DNA from: an uncultured bacterium
Lineage (GTDB): Bacteria; Actinomycetota; Acidimicrobiia; Acidimicrobiales; VFJN01
Assembly (NCBI GenBank): GCA_963717085.1
Contig: CAVQVM010000021.1
Location: 116,560-180,559, forward strand
Length of the DNA: 64,000 nucleotides
Direction of reading: 5' to 3'
This document shows positions 11,086 to 20,331 of this stretch, piece after piece. Positions within the stretch are counted from its first letter, which is position 1. The number at the start of each line of letters is the position of its first letter. The translations under genes and the position numbers were made by a program. Below the pieces are notes generated by a model. The model was not told where the DNA came from. It was given only the letters and a program-made list of their open reading frames with translations, and did no database searches.

Positions 11086-13242
11086 TCAGCCTGAGCCCAC
11101 CTCGTGGAGGATCACACGATCGCCCGCGCGTTCGACCCGGTAGGCGGCGACATCGTTGGGGCCGTCCACGAAGTAGTTGGCCATCAGCCCGCTGAACTTC
11201 CAAGCGTCGCCGTCGGGCTGATACCCGCCGATCGCCCCCGCGAGCGTGCCGTTGAGCGCCACCGCCAACTCCGGCGGCGTGCCGTCGCTACCGCGCAGCA
11301 CCCCGCGCAACGTTTGAGGCACCAAGCCCGAGTCGACGGACAGATCGACGAGCAGGTCGCGGCGGTTCAGCGTCAGGGACAGGTCGCTGGGCGCGCCGAC
11401 CTCGAACTCGCTCACGGGCCGCCCCACCAGGTCCTCGGCGACGCCCACGGCGGCCAGGTCGTCCCAGCCCTCGCCACGGGGAAACAGGGCCGCCTGGCGG
11501 GCAGCGACCTCGAAGGCCGCCTCCACATCGCTGGTCACCAACCGGTCGAACTTGGGCTTGCTGCCGTCGAACAGCGAGTGGCCGTCGAAACGCCACTCCG
11601 TCTCGATGCTCAGCAGGTCCACGATCGAGGGCAGCACATCGGCCGTCGACGCCGGATCGTCACGCACCTCCCCGTCGACCTGGTCCGGCGCCTTGATGAA
11701 CAACGGGATCCGGAACAACTCATCGACGTTGTCGTCGGTCGGCGCGCGGCTGAGACCGCCGGGCGGGGTGAGGTCGACCCCGTGATCGGACGTGATCACC
11801 ACCGTCGCTTCCTCCCACGCCCCCGTGGACTGCAGACGGTCGACGAGATGACCCACCATCCCGTCGACTGCCCCTACCTGCAGCGCCTGGTGGGCTCGCA
11901 CCTCGCGGGTGATGAACTCATAGCCGGGCTGCGAGGGGTTCGTGGGGACCCACGCCGCCCGGTAGCCGTCGCTGTTCACCGTGCCCCAGGGCGTGAGCAC
12001 GTAGGGGTGGTGAGGTAGCGCCACATGGATGACATTGATCGACGGGGCGGCGCCGATCAGGTCGATCTGGCGCACGAGCGCGCGGGCTTGCCCGTCTTTG
12101 CCGCCATCGCTGCTCCTGGCAATGCTGCGCATGTGAGCCAGCACGTCCGGCTCGCCGGCTGCGTTGGTCGGGACGGTGGTCCCTTGGGTGGCGGCGTCGC
12201 CCACGATGCCGTCACCGAAGTTCCCCCACGAGCCGTCGATGTCGGGCAGGCCGGCACGCAGGGCCTTGGGCAGCGCTCGGTGCCCGTACACGACAGACGC
12301 GTCGTCCAACGCCTGGCGTAGCGGTTCCGCCGCCCGGCGGGCGCACACCTCCGCCGGGCACAGGTCCGTCAGCAACTCGTAACGGTTCACCGGGTGCCTG
12401 GCGCCGAACAAGCTGAACAGGTTCCGCGGATGATCCTGGAGGAACGGAAGGTCGTCCTCGTCGGCTACAACCCCCGTGAGGATGGTGGGCACGGACCGAC
12501 CCGTGTGCGCGGATTCGCTGGCGGCGTTGCGGAACCACGTCGACTTCCGGGCAAGCGCCGCGAACTTTGGGTAGCGCACCTCGTTGATCGACCCGTCGGC
12601 CCGCAGCAACGACGTCAACGGGAACTCGTCGAGCACCACCACCACGACCGGGCCGTCCAATGGCGGCACCCTTACGTTGCCCGCATCCGCGTAGGACGCC
12701 CCGGTCAGCAACTCCGCGGACGGGCTCGTCAGCAGAAACAACACCACAAACGCGACGTTGCCCACCGCCAGGTACGACAGGAACGGGCGAGCCCAGGGCA
12801 CCCGCCACTCCGCCAGCGCCACGCCCACGCCCAGCAGGACCGCCACCACCAGCGCCGGCGCTATCGCATCCACGCCCAGCGTGCGGCACACCACCAGCCC
12901 GAACAGTCCCGCGAACCCGGCCACCGCCCCACCGTGCAGGCATGCCCCCAACCGGCGATCCACCAACCCGGGCACTGCCGACGCCACGAATGCCACCAAC
13001 GCCGGCACGAACCCCACCACCACCGCGAAGGCCGCGATCTGGCGACGTCCGTACCCCCCGGCGACGAAGAATGTCGGATTCCGCCCGAACAGGTCCAGGA
13101 CCGGCTGCGTGATCGCTACTCCTGCCACGCCCACCAGCACCGCCGCATCCACCGCCAACTCGCGCCACGAACGCGACGGGCTGGCCCGGGCCCCGCCCCG
13201 GAGGTCGCGGCGAGCGTTGTCGGGCAGCCGAAGGTCCACCAC
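11086..13242 (-). CDS. Sulfatase/alkaline-phosphatase-superfamily membrane transferase (LTA-synthase/phosphotransferase-like), paralogue 1
   Basis: An N-terminal block of about 5 TM helices, then VVVVVLDEFPLTSL (metal-binding Asp region), SVPTILTG and ITSDHGV. An extra C-terminal domain follows. Confidence 0.75.
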   Translation of the reverse strand: MVDLRLPDNARRDLRGGARASPSRSWRELAVDAAVLVGVAGVAITQPVLDLFGRNPTFFVAGGYGRRQIAAFAVVVGFVPALVAFVASAVPGLVDRRLGACLHGGAVAGFAGLFGLVVCRTLGVDAIAPALVVAVLLGVGVALAEWRVPWARPFLSYLAVGNVAFVVLFLLTSPSAELLTGASYADAGNVRVPPLDGPVVVVVLDEFPLTSLLRADGSINEVRYPKFAALARKSTWFRNAASESAHTGRSVPTILTGVVADEDDLPFLQDHPRNLFSLFGARHPVNRYELLTDLCPAEVCARRAAEPLRQALDDASVVYGHRALPKALRAGLPDIDGSWGNFGDGIVGDAATQGTTVPTNAAGEPDVLAHMRSIARSSDGGKDGQARALVRQIDLIGAAPSINVIHVALPHHPYVLTPWGTVNSDGYRAAWVPTNPSQPGYEFITREVRAHQALQVGAVDGMVGHLVDRLQSTGAWEEATVVITSDHGVDLTPPGGLSRAPTDDNVDELFRIPLFIKAPDQVDGEVRDDPASTADVLPSIVDLLSIETEWRFDGHSLFDGSKPKFDRLVTSDVEAAFEVAARQAALFPRGEGWDDLAAVGVAEDLVGRPVSEFEVGAPSDLSLTLNRRDLLVDLSVDSGLVPQTLRGVLRGSDGTPPELAVALNGTLAGAIGGYQPDGDAWKFSGLMANYFVDGPNDVAAYRVERAGDRVILHEVGSG

Positions 13243-13293
13243 CGCGGGATTGTCTATCCCATAGCCGCGTGTCGGTTCCGACGAGCCGCGGGT

Positions 13294-15510
13294 TCAGCGG
13301 GCGGCAACCTCGTGGAGGATGATCCGCTCGCCGGCGCGTTCGACCTGGTAGGCGGCGACATCGTTGGGACCGTCGACGAAGTAGTTGGCCATCAGCCCGC
13401 TGAACTTCCAGGCGTCGCCGTCCGGACGGTAGCCGCCGATCGTGCCCGCAAACGTGCCGTTGAGGGCCACGACCAGCTCCGGAGGCGTGCCATCGCCGCC
13501 TGTCAGCGAGCCCCGCAACGAATACGGCACCTCACCGGACAACGACAGCTTTGCCAGCAGGTCGCGATGTTCATAGGTCAGCGTCAGCGCGCTGGGTGCA
13601 CCCACCTCGTAGTCCGCCACTGTGCGACCCACCAGGTCCTCGCCCTCTCCCACCGCGGCCAGGTCGTCCCAGCCGTCGCCTCGCGGGAACTGAGCCGCTT
13701 GGCGCCCGGCGACCTCGAACGCGACCTGCACGTCGCTGGTCACGAGGCGGTCGATCTTCGGCTCACTGCCGTCGAACAAGGAATGGCCTTCGAACGTCCA
13801 GTTGGTTTCGATGCCCAGCAGGTCCACGAGCGACGGCAGCACGTCGACCGTGGACGCCGGATCGTCGCGCACCTCGCCGGCGGTCTGCCCGGGAGCCTTG
13901 ATGAACAACGGGATGCGGAACAGCTCGTCGACGTTGTCCTCGCTCGGTGTGCGTGTGAAGCCGGGTGGCGTGATGTCGACGCCGTGGTCGGAAGTGACGA
14001 CGACCGTGGCGTCATCCCAAGCTCCCGCGTCCTTCAGGTGCGCGATCAGATGACCGATCATCCCGTCGATCGCCCCGACCTGCATCGCCTGGAGCCCGCG
14101 AAGCTCGCGGAAGATGAACTCGTAGCCGGGGTCGGATGGGGCCCGCGGCACCGACGAGGGGATCCACGTGTCGGTGTCGACGCCTCCCCAGGGCGTGAGC
14201 TCGTAGGGATGGTGCGGGAGCTGCACGTGGATCATGTTGATGGACGGCTCGGCACCGATCAGGTCGATCTGGCGCAGCAGGGCACCTGCCTGACCGAGGC
14301 GACCTCCGTCGCTGGCGGGCACCTGGTTCATCCTCGCCATCGGGTCGGGGCTGCCCGTCGGCGTCGTCGGCACGGTCGTCCCCGACACGGGGGCCTCGCC
14401 CACGATGTCGTCGCCGAAGTTGCCCCACGAGTGGTCGATGTCGGGGAGGCCGTCGCGCCATTCCTTCGGCAACACGCGATGCCGGTAGACGACCGACGCG
14501 TCCTCTAGCGCCTGGCGGAGCGGTTCGCCCCGCTCGCGCTCGCACACGGCGGGTGGGCATAAGTCCGTCACCAGCTCGTATCGATTCACCGGATAGCGCG
14601 GGCCGAACAACGTGAAGTAGTTCCGTGGGTGATCGCCGACAAAGGGCAGATCGTCGTCGGCGGCGCGCACACCCGTGAGGATCGTCGGCACCGACACGAA
14701 TGTCGTTCTCGACTCGCTGGCGGCGTTGCGGAACCAGGTCGACTGCTCGGCCAACGCGGCCAGGTTCGGATACCGCGCCTCGTTGATCGACCCGTCACCT
14801 CGCAGCAGCGAGGTCAACGGGAACTCGTCGAGCACCACGACCAAGACCGGGCCGTCCAGCGGCGGGATCTTGACGCTGCCGGCATCGGCGTACGAAGCCC
14901 CGCCTAGCAACTCCGCCGTCGGGCTGGCCACCAGGAACATCACCACGAACGCGACGTTCCCCACGGCCAGGTATGACAGGAACTGGCGCGCCAACCGGAC
15001 TCGCAACTCCAACACGGCAATGCCGATACTCATCAGGAGAGCAAGCGCCACGGCTGGCCACAGCGTCTCGGCACCCAACGTTTGGGCCACCACGAGGCCG
15101 AACAGGCCCGCCAGCCCGCCCACCGCCAGACTGTGCAGCCAGGCGCCCAGACGGCGATCGACGAGCCCCGGCACCGCCGACGCTGCGAACACGACCAACG
15201 CGGGAACGAACGCGACCGTGAGGGCGAACGCCACGATCTGGCGTCGTCCGTATCCCCCGGCCACGAAGAACGTCGGGTTGCGCCCGAACAGGTCAAGGAC
15301 CGGCTGGGTGATCGCCACGCCGGCGAGCCCGAGGAGCACCGCCCCGTCCACGACCAACATCCGCCAGGGACGCGCCCGTTGCGACCCCACCCCGCCCGGC
15401 GCTCGGTCGTCGCCGCCCGCGGCGCTCCCCGCCCGTCGGTTCTGTTGGACCTCGTTGAGCACGACCTGATTGATAGCCGCTGGGGAGGCCCCGGTTTGGC
15501 CGGCATCCAC
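13294..15510 (-). CDS. Sulfatase/alkaline-phosphatase-superfamily membrane transferase, paralogue 2 (tandem duplicate)
   Basis: Same architecture: VLVVVLDEFPLTSL, VTSDHGV. The N-terminus (VAITQPVLDLFGRNPTFFVAGGYGRRQI) and C-terminus (DGDAWKFSGLMANYFVDGPNDVAAY) are identical to paralogue 1. Confidence 0.75.
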   Translation of the reverse strand: MDAGQTGASPAAINQVVLNEVQQNRRAGSAAGGDDRAPGGVGSQRARPWRMLVVDGAVLLGLAGVAITQPVLDLFGRNPTFFVAGGYGRRQIVAFALTVAFVPALVVFAASAVPGLVDRRLGAWLHSLAVGGLAGLFGLVVAQTLGAETLWPAVALALLMSIGIAVLELRVRLARQFLSYLAVGNVAFVVMFLVASPTAELLGGASYADAGSVKIPPLDGPVLVVVLDEFPLTSLLRGDGSINEARYPNLAALAEQSTWFRNAASESRTTFVSVPTILTGVRAADDDLPFVGDHPRNYFTLFGPRYPVNRYELVTDLCPPAVCERERGEPLRQALEDASVVYRHRVLPKEWRDGLPDIDHSWGNFGDDIVGEAPVSGTTVPTTPTGSPDPMARMNQVPASDGGRLGQAGALLRQIDLIGAEPSINMIHVQLPHHPYELTPWGGVDTDTWIPSSVPRAPSDPGYEFIFRELRGLQAMQVGAIDGMIGHLIAHLKDAGAWDDATVVVTSDHGVDITPPGFTRTPSEDNVDELFRIPLFIKAPGQTAGEVRDDPASTVDVLPSLVDLLGIETNWTFEGHSLFDGSEPKIDRLVTSDVQVAFEVAGRQAAQFPRGDGWDDLAAVGEGEDLVGRTVADYEVGAPSALTLTYEHRDLLAKLSLSGEVPYSLRGSLTGGDGTPPELVVALNGTFAGTIGGYRPDGDAWKFSGLMANYFVDGPNDVAAYQVERAGERIILHEVAAR

Positions 15511-15513
15511 GGC

Positions 15514-16506
15514 TCAGCCCACCTTCTCGAGCCAGAGGTTGGCCCCTGGGTTCTTGGCCACCCACGGGATCCGCTCGAGCCGTTCCCGGTGCCTGGACCA
15601 GAGGAAGTCCTCGAACCAACGAATCTCGAACGTGGGGTTGAACGCCAGGAACGCACGCACCAGGTAGGCCTCGTGCCACGCCCGCCCCTGACGGACCCAG
15701 TCCTCCGGGTATTCGAATGGAAAGAAGATGTCGTGCAGGTGCACCCAGACGCCCGACTGCAGCCGCGGCAGCACCTCGAAGACGAGGTGGTTGACGTCAG
15801 AGCCGGCCTTGACGACGTGGGTCGAGTCGACGAACAGTACGTCGCCGTTCCCGAGCTGATCGAAGACATCCAGCGATACGTCCTGGACCGCGACCTCGTG
15901 GATCGTCACCCGCGTCTCGTCTCCGGGCCGGAGCAGGCCCCGCAGGAGCTCGGGATGGGGCTCGATGAACGTCAGCTCGGTGCTGCCCAGCCAGCCGTCG
16001 GCCGTGTCGAGGATCAACGCCGACGAGTAGCCCGACCCGACCTCGATGACCCGGCGCGGCCGCAGGCGACGCAGCATGCCGTGCAGCACCGTGCCGTCGC
16101 CGTAGGCGTAGGACGGGTTGTCGAACCAATAGCGGGTGGCGCCGTTTGGATCGGGTTGTTCCGGGAAGGCGATGTCGGCCACGAGCCCCCCGATGGTCTC
16201 AACCAGTTCGAGCTGGTCGGACTCGCGCAGATCGATGCCCAGCACTGGACGGTGTGGGTCCCGTAGGTCGGGCCCCCGCCGCCCGTAGTCGGCGAGATCG
16301 GGGAACGGCGAGTAGAAGTGCCCTGGCGGCACCCAGGTCTCGTACACAGCGCGCAGGTGCTGGTTCTCGGTCTCGAGCTCCCGCTGACGCCGATCCACGG
16401 CCACGGGGTGGCGCACCACGCGGGCCACGGCGTTCATACGGCGGGCCACTCGGCGGAGGACGTCAACGGCAGGTTCCACGACAGGAGGACCGCAGCACGA
16501 CAACAC
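15514..16506 (-). CDS. Class I SAM-dependent methyltransferase (Methyltransf_24-like)
   Basis: VIEVGSGYSS motif I, VLFVDSTHVVKAGSDVNH. An alternative start is the ATG at 16437 (MNAVARVV). Confidence 0.65.
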   Translation of the reverse strand: MLSCCGPPVVEPAVDVLRRVARRMNAVARVVRHPVAVDRRQRELETENQHLRAVYETWVPPGHFYSPFPDLADYGRRGPDLRDPHRPVLGIDLRESDQLELVETIGGLVADIAFPEQPDPNGATRYWFDNPSYAYGDGTVLHGMLRRLRPRRVIEVGSGYSSALILDTADGWLGSTELTFIEPHPELLRGLLRPGDETRVTIHEVAVQDVSLDVFDQLGNGDVLFVDSTHVVKAGSDVNHLVFEVLPRLQSGVWVHLHDIFFPFEYPEDWVRQGRAWHEAYLVRAFLAFNPTFEIRWFEDFLWSRHRERLERIPWVAKNPGANLWLEKVG

Positions 16507-16530
16507 CCGTACAACCAGCCCGGTCGACCT

Positions 16531-17355
16531 TCACACGTACGCGTGGAACACCATGCGACCACTGCGGGGCGACCCGAAGCGATGACGTAGCCGGTAACGC
16601 GCCTTGTCGACGAGGGTCGTGGGGCTGACCTCGGCTGCCGGGGGGACTGAGTACCACAGGTTCGTCGCCCACGGCTCGAAGGCCACGACCCGTCCGAAGC
16701 CCGCGTCGGCCAGCATGCCCTCGACCGCCGGGGGATTGGGCCCGAAGTGGTTGCTTCCGTCGTTGTTGAGGGACGCACCGGGATAGTAGGCGGCTGCCGG
16801 TATGCGGACATCGAGAAGGTCGACCATGGTCTCGATGATGGCCATCTCACCGGTCACGCTGCGCAACCGCTTCAGGTAGCCCAGCGGATCGGGCGCGTGG
16901 TACAGCACGCCGAGGAACAGGACGATGTCGAAGGTCCCGCCGACGACTTCGGGTGCCAGCTTTTCGACGGCCACATCCTGCACCCGCACGACGCTGCCCA
17001 AGAGCTCGTGGACGAGGTCGAAGTTGCGGCGGGCGTCACTCCCCGGCCAGTTCCAGGCCCAGCTGTCCGTCGCCAGGACGTCCTTCGCACCGCGGCGCTC
17101 GGCCTCGAACGAATAGAAGCCGTCGTAGGCACCGACGTCGAGCACCGTCCGACCCGTGAGGTCGGGCAGCCGCATGTGGACGACCTCGGCGGGCGTGTGC
17201 TTCTGTCCCGGGGTGAGGATCCCGTTGCCCAGATCGATGGTGTGGAACCAGGTTCGTCCGGCGATCTCGGCACGGACGCGGCTCGGCGTCCATTCGCTCG
17301 ATGTACGCGCGTCGTCGCGCCCCGAACCCATCGGCTCACCATAGGCGTTCACCAT
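16531..17355 (-). CDS. Class I SAM-dependent methyltransferase (CmoB/DUF1698-like)
   Basis: WFHTIDLGNGILTPG, VLDVGAYDGFYS, IVLFLGVLYHAPDP. The start MVNAYGE at 17353-17355 forms an ATGA overlap with the stop of the upstream GT4. The remainder of track ORF 16531..17847 is off-frame overlap. Confidence 0.75.
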   Translation of the reverse strand: MVNAYGEPMGSGRDDARTSSEWTPSRVRAEIAGRTWFHTIDLGNGILTPGQKHTPAEVVHMRLPDLTGRTVLDVGAYDGFYSFEAERRGAKDVLATDSWAWNWPGSDARRNFDLVHELLGSVVRVQDVAVEKLAPEVVGGTFDIVLFLGVLYHAPDPLGYLKRLRSVTGEMAIIETMVDLLDVRIPAAAYYPGASLNNDGSNHFGPNPPAVEGMLADAGFGRVVAFEPWATNLWYSVPPAAEVSPTTLVDKARYRLRHRFGSPRSGRMVFHAYV

Positions 17356-18914
17356 CAGGCGAACCGAGCGACCTCGTGGTGAACCCGGCGGAGGAATGCG
17401 TCCCACCCGAACTCCTGCGCCCGACGCTCGGCCGCCGCCGAGAGGGTCGCCCGCCAGCCGGGGTTGTCGATCAGGCGCTCGGTGTGCGCCACCAGGCCGT
17501 CGAGCGAGCCGAAGCGGTAGCCCGTGAACCCCTGGTCGACGATCTCGATCTGACCGGCGGCATCGATCACTACGGGAACGGCGCCGGCAGACATGGCCTC
17601 GACGGTGCTGATGCCAAAGTGCTCGTAGCGGTCGGGGAAGCGCTCGACGTGCTCGTCGAGCCCGGCGGCGTGCCAGAAGATCGACGCCTTCCCGTACAGG
17701 TCGCGCAGCTCGGCGCCCGCGGCGTCGGGGTGCAGCACGACGGGCAAGCCCGCCGCAGCCGCCCGGATCTGTTCCAGGTAGGGGGCGTGCTCGGGCGGAC
17801 ACCCCCCGACCAGGTGGAACGTCCAACCGTGCGCGCCCCGCTCGCACAGCCGGCGGAAGGCCTCGACCATCTCGAACTGCTTCTTGTTGTGGCCGGTGCC
17901 CGGCAGGAGAAATCGCCCGACCGACAGGACGACGGGCTCTTTCCTACCCCGAGGCACGAGCGTGACGGGCGGGTGGAACACGTCGCTGTCGCGGCTCCAG
18001 AGCCGCTTGACCCACCCCTGGGTGTAGGCCGAGTTCGCCAGGATGGCGTCGTAGGTGTCGAGGAAGTCGAGTTGGTTGCGGCCGGCCACGAGCGTCGGCG
18101 CGGCGCGGGCGATCGCCCGCCGCCACCCGCCACCTGCGTGGACGCCGATGATCGGCACGCCGAGCCGGCGGGTGTCGGTCCCGATGCCGTGCTCGCTGGG
18201 AACCCAAGATGGGCTGCGCAACCTCACTGTGCGCGACGCTCCCGCGTCAACCTCGACGGCGAAGGCCAGCGTCACGGAGCGCCGCCGGTCCGCCCTCGAC
18301 CTCGGCGCGGTAACCGTCGCCCGTCCGACGACGTCGCCGTCGATCTCGGCCTCGACGTCGACTGGCGCCACCTGCGGGGGCACGAAGCGGCCGAGCAGCA
18401 CGACAACGGGCACGGGGCCACTCCGATCGTGCCCGGAGGTTACCGTCAGCGTGGCGTCGCCCGCGGTCCATTGGATTGTGTGCAGGCGGGCTCGTTCCGG
18501 CAGGTAGAAGCCGTCGCCGAACGTGACGCCGGCGTCGCCATCGAGCAGGCCCGACGCCTGTTCGGCGAGCGCCGCCTGGGCCCGTTCGACGCGAGCTGGC
18601 ACCGGACCGGGGAAGTGGACGACGTACAGCCCGTGGCGGGCCCGGCTGGCGTCGCCACTGCGATAGGAGGCGTTGACGAAGAGGTCATGCGCCGCGGAGG
18701 CGTGCGAAACGGCCCCGGCGTCCTCGGCCTGCACGTCGACGCCGACACCGGTCAGGTCGACGTGCAGCCGCTCGCCGAGCCAGCCCGTGTCCACGGCTTC
18801 GTGGGCGATGAGCACCACGTCGTGGTCGGCGGCGAGGGCAGCCGCAATGCCGGCAGCGAACTTTTCGCCGCCACCGCCCGTCGACCAGTAGCGGTCGTAG
18901 ACGGCGACCTTCAC
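17355..18914 (-). CDS. Glycosyltransferase family 4 (GT-B, group 1)
   Basis: C-terminal EHFGISTVEAMSAGAVPVV (E-x7-E) and NKKQFEMVEAF. The start is probably the GTG at 18912-18914 (VKVAVYDRYW), with an alternative ATG at 18971. Confidence 0.8.
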   Translation of the reverse strand: MKVAVYDRYWSTGGGGEKFAAGIAAALAADHDVVLIAHEAVDTGWLGERLHVDLTGVGVDVQAEDAGAVSHASAAHDLFVNASYRSGDASRARHGLYVVHFPGPVPARVERAQAALAEQASGLLDGDAGVTFGDGFYLPERARLHTIQWTAGDATLTVTSGHDRSGPVPVVVLLGRFVPPQVAPVDVEAEIDGDVVGRATVTAPRSRADRRRSVTLAFAVEVDAGASRTVRLRSPSWVPSEHGIGTDTRRLGVPIIGVHAGGGWRRAIARAAPTLVAGRNQLDFLDTYDAILANSAYTQGWVKRLWSRDSDVFHPPVTLVPRGRKEPVVLSVGRFLLPGTGHNKKQFEMVEAFRRLCERGAHGWTFHLVGGCPPEHAPYLEQIRAAAAGLPVVLHPDAAGAELRDLYGKASIFWHAAGLDEHVERFPDRYEHFGISTVEAMSAGAVPVVIDAAGQIEIVDQGFTGYRFGSLDGLVAHTERLIDNPGWRATLSAAAERRAQEFGWDAFLRRVHHEVARFA

Positions 18915-18933
18915 CGCTCCGGCACCATCGCGG

Positions 18934-20331
18934 TCATCGCCGCGTGAACCAGGTCCGCAGCTCGCCGTCATAGACGGTGGCGCGCCGGCGGATGCGCCAC
19001 CGATCGAGGAGCATCGCGGGTGCTAGCCACGCGAAGCCGGCGAACGAAGCCAGGCGCCGCCGCACCTGCTCGACATTCGGTCGATGCAGCCGTAGCACGG
19101 GCCGGACGACGTCCCGCCGCGCGTACGACAGCGTCACGAGCAGGTAACGCCACACGGCGTGCCAGGCCAGGTCGCGGGGTGCGTCCTTTGCCAGCATGAG
19201 CAGCCTGTTGCGCTCGACGTAGTGCTGGAAGACCGGCGACCCCTCGCCCGTCGAAGCGGCGTGCAGGTGGCGCACGACGGCGTCCGGCACGTACCGGTAA
19301 CGCCAGCCGCGTGTGCGCCCGCGCCATGAGAGGTCGGTGTCTTCGTAGTAGAGGAAGAAGCGCTCGTCGAACAGTCCGACATCAGCCAGGTAGCCGGGGC
19401 GGAGCAGCACGCTGCCGCCGCACCAGGCGAAGACCTCGGCCGGTGCGTGGTACTGGCCCACGTCGGGCTCGAGGAACCCCCGATCGGCGCCGTAGCCGTC
19501 GTCGAAGACGACCGAGCCGACGTTGTTGACGATGTCGCGCGGGGTTCCGGAGACCTGGATGTCGATCCACTCCGGGGCGATGCCGACGTCGACGCGACGC
19601 TCGATTGCCCCGCACAACAGAGTGATCTGCTTGGGCGTCTCGGCCGCCAAGCGCAGGTCGACCACGGGAGGGCCCAGGTCGCCGGCCTGGGCCAGGCCGT
19701 CTGCGGGCGGCTGGCGTGCCCCCGGCCGGGCGAGCCCGACCGGCACCCGCACGACCGCCCGGTCGCTCGTCCACTGGAACGTGCCGCCGCCGGGATCGTG
19801 CTCGATGCCCCAGGTGCCCTCAGCGAACTGGACATCCCGCCAGCGGTCGATGCCGTCGACCCTGGCACCGCTGAGCTGCACGCCCAACGTGCGGGGATCC
19901 GCGGTGCCGGGTACGAAGGTGGGAGAGCTGATCTCGAGGTCGACGAACCGGTCGGCGAACAGCATGCGGGGGCTCACGGCACCCAGGTCCTCATCGGCCT
20001 CGAGGGTCGCGACAAGAGCGCGCAGCCACCCGGGTTCGACACAGGAGTCCGGGTTGACCAGGCCCACGTAGTCGACGCCGTCCAATTGGCTCAGTGCCAG
20101 GTTGTTGGCCGGAAATCCGTTGTTCCGGGGGTTTCGGATCAGCCGGACGGCCGGGAACCGCTCGGCGATCACGGCGGCGCTACCATCGGTCGACGCGTTG
20201 TCGACCACGACGACTTCGAGGCGGTCGTCGGGCCAGTCGAGCTTCCCGAGCGCCTCGAGGCAGTGCACGACCAGCTCGCCCCCGTTGTAGTTGAGGACGA
20301 CGAGGCGGACCAGTGGCGTGTCAGGAACCAC
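18934..20331 (-). CDS. Glycosyltransferase family 2 carrying a large internal insertion
   Basis: LVVLNYNGG, VVVDNASTDGS, GLVNPDS (DxD-like), and later FFLYYEDTDLSWR. About 140 aa are inserted between SPRMLF and NNVGSVVF. Confidence 0.75.
   Translation of the reverse strand: MVPDTPLVRLVVLNYNGGELVVHCLEALGKLDWPDDRLEVVVVDNASTDGSAAVIAERFPAVRLIRNPRNNGFPANNLALSQLDGVDYVGLVNPDSCVEPGWLRALVATLEADEDLGAVSPRMLFADRFVDLEISSPTFVPGTADPRTLGVQLSGARVDGIDRWRDVQFAEGTWGIEHDPGGGTFQWTSDRAVVRVPVGLARPGARQPPADGLAQAGDLGPPVVDLRLAAETPKQITLLCGAIERRVDVGIAPEWIDIQVSGTPRDIVNNVGSVVFDDGYGADRGFLEPDVGQYHAPAEVFAWCGGSVLLRPGYLADVGLFDERFFLYYEDTDLSWRGRTRGWRYRYVPDAVVRHLHAASTGEGSPVFQHYVERNRLLMLAKDAPRDLAWHAVWRYLLVTLSYARRDVVRPVLRLHRPNVEQVRRRLASFAGFAWLAPAMLLDRWRIRRRATVYDGELRTWFTRR

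Noticed and set aside
12394-14508. 704-aa plus-strand ORF. Similar long ORFs are 37908..39521(-), 44078..45595(-), 17301..18947(+), 46622..47857(-), 46933..48255(+) and 52636..53574(-).
   Set aside because: All are antisense or out of frame relative to genes with recognisable family motifs. None has motifs of its own. This is the standard high-GC artefact.
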